Assembly: GCA_040767085.1 (NCBI GenBank)
Contig: JAXGPF010000006.1
Coordinates: 32,001-96,000, forward strand
DNA from: Kiritimatiellia bacterium
GTDB lineage: Bacteria; Verrucomicrobiota; Kiritimatiellia; JAAZAB01
Reading direction: 5' to 3'
Length of the DNA stretch: 64,000 bases
In this document: positions 56,431 through 64,000 of the stretch, in pieces
How the letters are laid out: each line of letters opens with the position of its first letter
How positions within the stretch are numbered: position 1 is the first letter of the stretch
Notes under the pieces: model-generated
The model's input: the letters and a program-made list of their open reading frames with translations, nothing else
What the model was told of the DNA's origin: nothing
Database searches by the model: none
Position numbers and translations under genes: made by a program

Positions 56431-57645
56431 GTGAAAAGAACCTTGACCTGGCATGGATTGATCTTGATGCTGCTCCTCGCCGCCACCGCGCCGGCGCAGG
56501 TCCGGGTCACTAAAACCATGACCGCCGCCTCGCTGCTGGACATCTCCGGCCTGAAATATTCCGGCGGCGGCGCCGCGGAATTGTTTTACCGGACGCTGGA
56601 AGCCGACCTGGCGCGCTCCGGCTGGTTTGAAATCATCTCCGCCGGGCGCGCGGAATTCACCGTCACCGGCACGGTGGAGCCGGCGGGCGACAACCTGGTG
56701 GCGCGCTGCGAAGCCTACAACGTCATCTCCCGCGAACGCTACCTCGGCAAGGCCTACCGTATGCCCGCGCGCGACGCGCGCCGCATGGCGCACCAGGTGG
56801 CCGACGACATCATCCAGGCGCTCACCGGCCAGCCCGGCATGTCCGCCACCCGCATCGTCATGGTCGGCAACCGCACCGGCCGCAAGGAGCTTTACATCTG
56901 CGACTCCGACGGCGCCAACCTGCGCCAGCTGACGCGCGATCAAAGCCTGAGCCTGTCGCCCAAGTGGAGCCCGGACGCCAGGCAAATCGTTTACACCTCC
57001 TTCCTGTCATACTTCCCCGACGTGTACCTGGTGACCCTGGAAACCGGCGCGCGCCGGCGCGTGTCCAATTACCCCGGCCTGAACTCTTCCGCGGCCATTG
57101 CGCCCGGCGGCGATGAACTCGCCCTGACCCTTTCCAAGGACGGCAACCCGGACTTGTTCATCAAGGATTTGCGCTCCGCCCGCCTGACGCGCCTGACGCG
57201 CACCAGCCGGGCGGCGGAGGCCAGTCCGGCCTGGTCGCCCGACGGCCGGCGCATCGTTTACGTCTCCGACGCGTCCGGCGCGCCGCAGCTTTACCTGATT
57301 GACCGCAACGGCGGCGACCCGCGGCGCATTACCAGCAGCGGCGCCGAAAACGTCGACCCCGACTGGGGCCGCAACGGTTTCATCGCCTACTCCAGCCGCA
57401 TCGGCCGCGGCTACCAAATCTGCGTGCTCAATCCGGAAACACTGGCTTTCCGCCAGATCAGCGACGGCAACGGCGACTACGAAGATCCCTCCTGGGCGCC
57501 CGACGGCCGACACATCGTCTGCACCCGCACCCGCAACCGTATCTCGCGCCTTTTCGTGCTTGACAGTATGAGCGCTTCTTGTATAAGTTTGCTCCCGGAT
57601 TCTGAAGCCGGGGAGTGGTTTGCGCCGGCCTGGTCGCCCAAGTGA
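56431..57645 (+). CDS. tolB: Tol-Pal beta-propeller protein TolB
   Basis: Signal peptide, AHQVADDIIQALTG, PD40 repeats (SPKWSPD, SPAWSPDG, PSWAPDG); directly upstream of pal. Confidence 0.92.
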   Translation: MKRTLTWHGLILMLLLAATAPAQVRVTKTMTAASLLDISGLKYSGGGAAELFYRTLEADLARSGWFEIISAGRAEFTVTGTVEPAGDNLVARCEAYNVISRERYLGKAYRMPARDARRMAHQVADDIIQALTGQPGMSATRIVMVGNRTGRKELYICDSDGANLRQLTRDQSLSLSPKWSPDARQIVYTSFLSYFPDVYLVTLETGARRRVSNYPGLNSSAAIAPGGDELALTLSKDGNPDLFIKDLRSARLTRLTRTSRAAEASPAWSPDGRRIVYVSDASGAPQLYLIDRNGGDPRRITSSGAENVDPDWGRNGFIAYSSRIGRGYQICVLNPETLAFRQISDGNGDYEDPSWAPDGRHIVCTRTRNRISRLFVLDSMSASCISLLPDSEAGEWFAPAWSPK

Positions 57646-57709
57646 GGCGCGTTGGGCAGCGCGGCAGTTATTTTTCGGAATGGCGGCAACTTTGTTGGAG
57701 GAAGCATTT

Positions 57710-58249
57710 GTGAAGAATCGCTTGTTTACACTGACGGTGCTATTGATGGCGGGAATGCTGTGTTTGAACATGGGCTGCCGGCGCAAAAAAGGCGGCTTGG
57801 CCGGCGGCGACGCCGGTGGCGCCGATAGTATCGCCGGCGTGAGCGGCGCGGGGGATTTGTCCGCCGAAGGCTGGGAAGCCGGCCGGCCGGAGAACATGCA
57901 ACTGATATCCGGACTGAAGTTCGAAAACGTGCAGTTTGAATACGACAGCACCCAGATCAGCGGTAGCGAGCGCGGTAAAATCGAGGCCGTGGCGGAGTAC
58001 CTGCGCGCCAACCCCAAGGTTGGCGTCATCGCGGAAGGCCACTGCGACGAACGCGGCAGCCTGGAATACAACATGGCCCTGGGCGAAAGGCGCGCCCTGG
58101 CCGTGCGGGCTTACCTGATCGGCCTCGGCATTGACGGCGCCATCATCCAGACCAAGAGCTACGGCGAAGAAAAACCGCTGGCGCCCGGCAACGACGAAGC
58201 TTCCTGGGCGCAGAACCGCCGCGTGGAATTCGTGTTCTATAATTATTGA
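57710..58249 (+). CDS. pal: Peptidoglycan-associated lipoprotein Pal
   Basis: GTG start after GGAGGA; lipobox-like NMGC; EGHCDERGSLEYNMALGERRA, SYGEEKP, NRRVEF. Confidence 0.95.
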   Translation: MKNRLFTLTVLLMAGMLCLNMGCRRKKGGLAGGDAGGADSIAGVSGAGDLSAEGWEAGRPENMQLISGLKFENVQFEYDSTQISGSERGKIEAVAEYLRANPKVGVIAEGHCDERGSLEYNMALGERRALAVRAYLIGLGIDGAIIQTKSYGEEKPLAPGNDEASWAQNRRVEFVFYNY

Positions 58250-58255
58250 TGTTTT

Positions 58256-58300
58256 AAAAAGGGAGAAGCTGGCGGATGCGCCGGCTTCTCCCTTTTTTTT
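58256..58300 (+). terminator. Intrinsic terminator after pal (likely bidirectional)
   Basis: A5-GGGAGAAGCTGGCG-loop-CGCCGGCTTCTCCC-T8. Confidence 0.9.
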
Positions 58301-58428
58301 GCCCGGACAGCGCCCAAATTGTTTTCGGCAGGACGGTGCGCAACACCCTGCTTCGTCAGACTGCCCAGGGCACGCAGTGGCGCCGCTGCAACATACATGA
58401 CTGTGCTGGCAAAGAATGCAAAGCCGCC

Positions 58429-58743
58429 ATGATCTCCTGTGTCAATGCCGCGCCGGCCGCTTTCCCGCCCCTCGCCTTCTTCGGCGGCGCCGGCGCGGGC
58501 GAAATCCTGCTGGTCCTGCTGGTGCTCCTGCTGCTCTTCGGCGCGCGGCGCCTGCCGGAACTGGCGCGTTCCCTGGGACGGGCCATCGGCGAACTCCGGC
58601 GCGCCTCCCAGGATTTGACCCGCGAAGTCATGCTTGATGCGCCCCCGCCGGCCCGCCCGCCGCCGGCGCCTGAAGATCAAACCGCGCCCGACGACGAGCT
58701 CCCGCCGCCCCAACCGCCCGCGCCGGCGGCATACCAGGGCTGA
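58429..58743 (+). CDS. tatA: Twin-arginine translocase TatA/TatB subunit
   Basis: GEILLVLLVLLLLFGARRLPELARSLGRAIGELRRA. Confidence 0.88.
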   Translation: MISCVNAAPAAFPPLAFFGGAGAGEILLVLLVLLLLFGARRLPELARSLGRAIGELRRASQDLTREVMLDAPPPARPPPAPEDQTAPDDELPPPQPPAPAAYQG

Positions 58744-58793
58744 ATGCCAAGCCTGGCTTATTGCCAAAAATTGATGTTTGCGTTATTTCAAAA

Positions 58794-58805
58794 TTTGTAT
58801 ACAGT
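58794..58805. promoter_or_regulatory. Candidate GntR/FadR-type operator
   Basis: TTTGTATACAGT with a perfect TGTATACA core, 10 bp before the GntR start, in an AT-rich promoter region. Confidence 0.6.
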
Positions 58806-58814
58806 ATTCAATCA

Positions 58815-59462
58815 ATGAGCGCCATTGACCAGTCGCTGCTGACCGCGCGGGTGTACGAGCACCTCCGGGAACGCATTGTCAACAAGACCTTCCCCGCCGG
58901 CGCGCGGCTGGCGGAGGAAACCATCTCCGCCGAGTTGGAAGTCAGCCGCACCCCCGTGCGCGAAGCCCTGCACCGCCTGACGCAGGAAGGCTTTGTTGTT
59001 TACGCGCCCCGGCGCGGCTGCCGCGTCAAACCGCTCAGCTGCCGGGAAGTCGAGGATATTTTCGAATTGCGCTCCATCCTGGAGCCGCTGGCTTTGCGGG
59101 AAGCCTGGCCCCGCATCACGCCAGCGGATATCGCGCGCCTGGAAACCCGGCTGGCGGAACTGGACCGCATATCCGCCGGCGGCCAGTCCCAGGCGGCCCT
59201 GGCCGCCGACGACGATCTCCACGACCTGTTTTGCCAGCGCTGTTCCAACCGCTACCTGCGCGAATATCTGCGCCACCTGATCCAGTTGAGCCGCCCTTAC
59301 CGCAGTTTCGGCGCCGGCGCCCGCGCGCACCTGCGTCAATTGCACCGGCAGCGCAAGCAAATCCTGGCGGCGCTGCGCGCCGGCCGGAAGGAACTGGCCG
59401 GACAATTGCTGCAACGTCACATCCGCGCGGGACAACAGGAAATTTTATCGCGTTTGGCATGA
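58815..59462 (+). CDS. GntR-family (FCD) transcriptional regulator
   Basis: VYEHLRERIV...LEVSRTPVREAL...LTQEG wHTH plus FCD domain. Confidence 0.93.
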   Translation: MSAIDQSLLTARVYEHLRERIVNKTFPAGARLAEETISAELEVSRTPVREALHRLTQEGFVVYAPRRGCRVKPLSCREVEDIFELRSILEPLALREAWPRITPADIARLETRLAELDRISAGGQSQAALAADDDLHDLFCQRCSNRYLREYLRHLIQLSRPYRSFGAGARAHLRQLHRQRKQILAALRAGRKELAGQLLQRHIRAGQQEILSRLA

Positions 59463-59472
59463 GGCAAAAAAC

Positions 59473-60150
59473 ATGCAGACCAACCGGCATGACTTGGTGG
59501 ATTTGAACGCCCAGGGCCTGGCCATGGCCCTGCACAGCCTGGCGCCGGTCAGCGGCGGCGCCGCGGCCCTGGCGTACATGCGCCGCCTGATCCAGGGCGG
59601 CACGGACCGCCCGTTGCCGGGCATTGTGCGGCGCGGCGAGCCGGAGCTGCCGCCGGATGCCGTCGCCGTGGGGTTCAGCAGTCCCGTGGCGACGCAGGGC
59701 GCGCGCCGGCGGGCGGCCGCCGTGGTCCGCCCGGCCGGGATCGCCCGGCAAACCACGCCCTACACCGTGTTCCAATTGCCGTTCGCGGGCCGTTCGCCCG
59801 CCCTGCGCGCGGCGCTGGCCATCCGGCGGATTTTCGCCGGCCAGTCCAGCATCGGCATCTGGGGGTCAGCCGCCTTGGAAATTTACACCGGCCTGCCTTT
59901 TACGCATGCCGCCTCCGACATAGACCTGGTGCTGCGGGGCGTCCGCGCCGGCGAAATCCGCGCGACCGTGGCAGAGATTGACCGCGCGGCCGGCGCCGCG
60001 GGAGTGCGGGCGGATGTCGAAATTACGCTCCGCTCCGGCATGGGCATCAATGCCCGGGAATACCTGTCGGAGGCGCCGATGCTGCTGGCGAAAAGCCTGC
60101 GCGCCGTGGGATTAATGCCCCGGGCGGCGGCGCTGCGGGCGCTGGCGTGA
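59473..60150 (+). CDS. mdcG: Malonate decarboxylase holo-ACP synthase (phosphoribosyl-dephospho-CoA transferase)
   Basis: RHDLV, GIVRR, WGSAALEIYTG, SDIDL, RADVEI; operon context. Confidence 0.85.
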   Translation: MQTNRHDLVDLNAQGLAMALHSLAPVSGGAAALAYMRRLIQGGTDRPLPGIVRRGEPELPPDAVAVGFSSPVATQGARRRAAAVVRPAGIARQTTPYTVFQLPFAGRSPALRAALAIRRIFAGQSSIGIWGSAALEIYTGLPFTHAASDIDLVLRGVRAGEIRATVAEIDRAAGAAGVRADVEITLRSGMGINAREYLSEAPMLLAKSLRAVGLMPRAAALRALA

Positions 60151-60195
60151 TGCCGGCGCGGGCGGGCAACCAAAATAAAAATTAATGGTTTAACC

Positions 60196-61101
60196 ATGTC
60201 CAAAATAAATCCAATATCTGCAACATTGCCAGCGGACGGGCCCGGCTGGATTGCGGAAATCGCCGTCCGGGCCATGCTGCTGGAAGCCGCCGCCACTCCC
60301 AAGCCGGGATTGGTGGACCTGGAAAACAGCGGCGCGCATGCGGACATGAATTATTTCACGTTCCTGCGCGGCACGGCCGCCCTGGCGCCCTGGATGCAGC
60401 GGCTGGCGCAGCGGGGCTGGGATCATGCCGGCAGCCTGCCAGCGCTGTTCGCCGCGCTGCGCCCGCTCGGCCGGGCCGCGGAAAAGGCCATGCTGCGCGC
60501 CACGGGCAATGTCAACACGCAGCGCGGCCTGGTGTTTTCCGTGGGGCTGGCCTGCGGCATCGCCGGCCGCCTGGCGCGCACGGAGGGCTGCATCACGGCC
60601 GCGCGGCTTTGCCGGCAGATGGCGGCGTCCGCCCGCGGCCTGTGCGCGCGGGAATTGCAGGGGCTGCCCGCTGCGGCGCCGGGCCGGCGTTTAACGCCGG
60701 GCGAACGGGCCTTCCGCCGGCATGGCGCGGCCGGGGTGCGCGGCGAGATCGAAAAAGGACTGCCCCTGGTGCGCCGGCAAGGCCTGCCGGCGCTGCGCCT
60801 GGCGCTGCGCCGGGGCTGCACGATCAACGACGCCGCGCTGCACGCGCTGGTCGGCATCCTGGAGAAGATTGTTGACACCACCATCCTGCACCGGCACAAT
60901 CCGCGCGTCATGCGACAGGCGCAAAGCGCGGCGCGCGCCATCCTCGCGGCGGGCAGCGTTTTTACGGAAGCCGGGCGCCGGCTTTTAAGGAACACCGGCG
61001 CGGAGTTCACTGCGCAAAACATCAGTCCGGGCGGCGCGGCCGATCTGCTGGCGCTGACCCTGGCCTGTCACTACTGGGAAAGCGAGGTCAAGCTGCAATG
61101 A
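60196..61101 (+). CDS. mdcB: Triphosphoribosyl-dephospho-CoA synthase (MdcB/CitG family)
   Basis: PKPGLVD..NSGAHADM, ATGNVNTQRG, GVRGE, DTTILHR, NISPGGAADLL. Confidence 0.93.
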   Translation: MSKINPISATLPADGPGWIAEIAVRAMLLEAAATPKPGLVDLENSGAHADMNYFTFLRGTAALAPWMQRLAQRGWDHAGSLPALFAALRPLGRAAEKAMLRATGNVNTQRGLVFSVGLACGIAGRLARTEGCITAARLCRQMAASARGLCARELQGLPAAAPGRRLTPGERAFRRHGAAGVRGEIEKGLPLVRRQGLPALRLALRRGCTINDAALHALVGILEKIVDTTILHRHNPRVMRQAQSAARAILAAGSVFTEAGRRLLRNTGAEFTAQNISPGGAADLLALTLACHYWESEVKLQ

Positions 61102-61217
61102 CGACATTATTAACCGGTATTTCCGTCACCATCCTGGGCATGACGGTGACCTTCGTCGGCCTGGCGGGATTATGGGGCGCCATTACAATCATCGGGATAA
61201 TCGTCAACCGCCGGTAG
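61098..61217 (+). CDS. 39-aa single-TM protein resembling an OadG/gamma-type decarboxylase subunit
   Basis: Not in the ORF track. ATGA overlap with mdcB; MTTLLTGISVTILGMTVTFVGLAGLWGAITIIGIIVNRR. Confidence 0.75.
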   Translation: MTTLLTGISVTILGMTVTFVGLAGLWGAITIIGIIVNRR

Positions 61218-61244
61218 AGTTGCTTTCAATTGCGGAGCTTATTT

Positions 61245-62384
61245 ATGCATGGATTACTGGAAAGTTTTGCGCGGTTCGGCGCCGGCACGGGATTTGCCGC
61301 TTTCACCTGGGGGCATGGCGTCATGCTGGCCATTGCCGGCTTGTTGCTGTACCTGGCCATCGTCAAAAAATTCGAGCCGCTGCTCCTGCTGCCGATCGGA
61401 TTCGGCATGCTGCTGGCCAACCTGCCCATCGGCGGCCTGATGGACGCGCCGCGCGACGGCGCCCTGGGCGGCCTGCTGTGGTACCTTTACCAGGGAGTGA
61501 AACTGGGGATTTATCCGCCGCTGATTTTCCTCGGTATCGGCGCCATGACGGATTTCGGCCCGCTGCTGGCCAATCCGAAAACGCTGCTGCTGGGCGCGGC
61601 GGCGCAATTCGGCATTTTCGGAACGTTTTTAGGCGCGCTGGCCATGGGGTTCACCCCCAGCGAATCGTCTTCCATCGGCATCATCGGCGGCGCCGACGGC
61701 CCGACCGCGATCTTCCTCACCGCCCGCCTGGCGCCGCACCTGCTGGGCGCGGTGGCGATCGCCGCGTACTCGTACATGGCGCTCGTGCCGATTATCCAGC
61801 CGCCGATCATGAAACTGCTGACCACGGCCCGGGAACGCGCCGCGCCCATGGCGCAGTTGCGCGAGGTTTCCCAGCGTGAAAAAATCATTTTCCCCGTGGC
61901 CGCCACCATCCTGGTGTGCCTGCTCGTGCCGGCGGCCGCGCCGCTGGTAGGCATGCTGATGCTGGGCAATCTGCTCCGCGAGTGCGGCGTAACCGAGCGG
62001 CTGAACCAGACGGCCCAGCATGAACTGATCAATATCGTCACCATTTTCCTGGGCCTCACCGTCGGCGCCACCACCGGCGCGGAATATTTTCTGCGCTGGC
62101 AGACAATCGGCATCATCGTGCTCGGCCTGCTGGCCTTCGCCATGGGCACGGCCGGCGGCGTCCTGCTGGGCAAGGCAATGTATTACCTGACTGGCGGCAA
62201 GGTTAACCCCCTGATCGGCGCCGCCGGCGTTTCCGCCGTGCCGATGGCCGCGCGGGTGGTGCAGAAGGTGGGCCAGCAGGCCAATCGGCAGAATTACCTG
62301 CTGATGCATGCCATGGGGCCGAATGTCGCCGGCGTAATCGGGTCGGCCCTGGCCGCGGGAATGTTGCTGTCGTTGTTCGGATGA
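61245..62384 (+). CDS. madB: Na+-translocating carboxybiotin decarboxylase beta subunit (OadB/MadB family)
   Basis: [65 protein letters not shown]. Confidence 0.93.
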   Translation: MHGLLESFARFGAGTGFAAFTWGHGVMLAIAGLLLYLAIVKKFEPLLLLPIGFGMLLANLPIGGLMDAPRDGALGGLLWYLYQGVKLGIYPPLIFLGIGAMTDFGPLLANPKTLLLGAAAQFGIFGTFLGALAMGFTPSESSSIGIIGGADGPTAIFLTARLAPHLLGAVAIAAYSYMALVPIIQPPIMKLLTTARERAAPMAQLREVSQREKIIFPVAATILVCLLVPAAAPLVGMLMLGNLLRECGVTERLNQTAQHELINIVTIFLGLTVGATTGAEYFLRWQTIGIIVLGLLAFAMGTAGGVLLGKAMYYLTGGKVNPLIGAAGVSAVPMAARVVQKVGQQANRQNYLLMHAMGPNVAGVIGSALAAGMLLSLFG

Positions 62385-62394
62385 AAGGAAAAAC

Positions 62395-62874
62395 ATGACG
62401 CTTAATAAAGATGTGCTCATCGAATTGATGCAAAAAGTCCGCGAGAGCGGCATCCGGGAATTGATCGTCACTCACGACCGCGTGGAAATCCGGACGGGGG
62501 AACCAATCGCGGCCGGGCGCGTTTTGCCGGCAACCTCCGCCCCCGCTCCAGTCCCAGCCGCCGCGGCAGGGCCGCTCGCGGCCGATGCCCCGGCGGCGCC
62601 CGCGGCTGATGCCGCGCCGGGCAAGACCGCGGAGGCCGTGGCGGCGCCCATTCCCGGCATGGTTTTCGTGGCGCCGGGCCAGGACCTCAACCAGCGGCCG
62701 CTGCCCGGCCCCGGGGCCGCCGTGCGGGAAGGCGATGTGGTCGCCCTGGTCGAGGCCATGAAAATGTTCAACGAGATATACGCCCCGGCTGCGGGCGTGA
62801 TTGACCGGATTGCCGCCGGTAACAAGACCATGGTGAAAGTCGGCGATCCCATCCTCTTCATCCGGCCGGACTAG
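62395..62874 (+). CDS. Biotin carboxyl carrier protein
   Basis: Ala/Pro linker, APIPGMV, EAMKM biotinylation motif. Confidence 0.93.
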   Translation: MTLNKDVLIELMQKVRESGIRELIVTHDRVEIRTGEPIAAGRVLPATSAPAPVPAAAAGPLAADAPAAPAADAAPGKTAEAVAAPIPGMVFVAPGQDLNQRPLPGPGAAVREGDVVALVEAMKMFNEIYAPAAGVIDRIAAGNKTMVKVGDPILFIRPD

Positions 62875-62908
62875 CCTGCCGCGCCGGCACCGGGAGGGCC
62901 GGCATGCC

Positions 62909-64000
62909 ATGACGATCAACCAGAGTTTTCTTGAAAGCATTTTCGGCGCGCCAGCCGGCACTCCGGCGGCGACGGCCGCCCGGCCGGCCGCCCCGCGGGA
63001 GGCATCTGCGCCGGCAACCGGCTGGAACAAGCTGCGCCAGAACTACTGCGCGCGGCTGGCGCGGGCCGCCCCCATTGCCGGCGGCGCCAAACTGGTGGAT
63101 TCCGCGCGGATCACGGAACTGCTGCAGGCGGTGATCGAGCCGGGCGACCTGGTGGCGCTGGAAGGCAACAACCAGAAACAGGCCGACTTCCTGGCCCGCG
63201 CGCTGGTCCGGCTGAATCCCGAACGGATACACGACCTGCACATGGTGCAATCCGTGCTGGCCTTGCCGGAACACCTGGACCTCTTCGAAAAAGGTATCGC
63301 GCGCAAGGTGGATTTCTGTTATTCCGGACCGCAAGCCGCCCGCCTGACGGAACTGTTGGAAAACCGCCGGATCGAAATCTGCGCCATCCACACCTACCTG
63401 GAGCAATACGCCCGGTACTTCGTGGATTTGACGCCGCGCGTGGCGCTGGTGGCCGCCGATTATGCCGATCCCCAGGGAAACCTCTATACCGGCTACAACA
63501 CCGAGGATACGCCCGTGCTGTGCGAAGCCGCCCACTTCAAGGCCGGGCTGGTGATCGCCCAGGTCAACGCCATCCGCGACGATCTGCCGCGCGTGGATGT
63601 GCCGGGCGGCTGGGTGGATTTCGTCGTGACGGCGGACCGTCCCTACTATATCGAACCGCTCTTCACCCGCGATCCGCAAGCCATTACCGACACCCAAATC
63701 CTCATCGCCATGCTCTGCCTGAAGGGGATTTACGCCCGTTACGGCGTGCAAACCCTCAACCATGGCGTCGGCTTCAACACGGCGGCCATCGAATTGCTGC
63801 TGCCGACCTACGGCGCGGAACTGGGTTTGCAGGGCAAAACCTGCTCGCATTTCATGCTCAACCCCCATCCCACGCTCATCCCCGCCATCGAATCCGGCTG
63901 GGTGCGGAGCGTTTATTCGCCCGGCGGGGAACTGGGCATGGAAAACTACGTGCGCGCCCGGCCGGACGTTTTCTTCGTCGGCCCCGACGGCTACATGCGC
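62909..64000 (+). CDS. mdcA: Malonate decarboxylase alpha subunit (acetyl-S-ACP:malonate ACP transferase), truncated by the window end
   Basis: Not in the ORF track. Manual translation from ATG 62909 gives ...PGDLVALEGNNQKQADFL...IHTYLEQYARYFVDLTP...NTEDTP...PLFTRDP...LNHGVGFNTAAIELLLPT. Confidence 0.93.
   Translation, partial: MTINQSFLESIFGAPAGTPAATAARPAAPREASAPATGWNKLRQNYCARLARAAPIAGGAKLVDSARITELLQAVIEPGDLVALEGNNQKQADFLARALVRLNPERIHDLHMVQSVLALPEHLDLFEKGIARKVDFCYSGPQAARLTELLENRRIEICAIHTYLEQYARYFVDLTPRVALVAADYADPQGNLYTGYNTEDTPVLCEAAHFKAGLVIAQVNAIRDDLPRVDVPGGWVDFVVTADRPYYIEPLFTRDPQAITDTQILIAMLCLKGIYARYGVQTLNHGVGFNTAAIELLLPTYGAELGLQGKTCSHFMLNPHPTLIPAIESGWVRSVYSPGGELGMENYVRARPDVFFVGPDGYMR

Noticed and set aside
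62931-63134. Apparent frameshift at the mdcA 5' end
   Set aside because: Manual translation from ATG 62909 stays open through EGNNQKQADFL; the 67-aa ORF is in another frame

Overview
GC-rich bacterial chromosomal window, probably from a PVC-superphylum organism (Kiritimatiellae/Lentisphaerae-like; inferred from a Minf_1886-family gene and the giant Ca-binding/FG-GAP surface protein). It has about 46 CDSs and one tRNA-Gly(GCC). Housekeeping genes include cinA, sppA, pgi, dinG, mutS, serS, mutL, tolB-pal and tatA. Accessory content: two phenylacetate-CoA ligase paralogs around an ACT gene followed by a transglutaminase-like unknown; a truncated Wsp-like MCP-CheW-CheR trio; a 3355-aa surface protein with three 798-bp tandem repeats next to a lipoprotein that appears to share one of its domains; a carbohydrate-processing island; and, at the right edge, a GntR-led biotin-dependent Na+-pumping malonate decarboxylase operon that includes an unlisted 39-aa membrane subunit. 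The intergenic DNA holds several families of short dispersed repeats. The most striking pattern is GTAG-type REP hairpins carrying precise 21-31 bp hairpin insertions, with filled and empty copies side by side. A MITE-like element and a modular octamer/heptamer element are also present. No transposase, reverse transcriptase, CRISPR array or rRNA was seen. Most long antisense ORFs in the track are GC-rich shadows. Functional calls come from motif reading by eye; no database searches were run.
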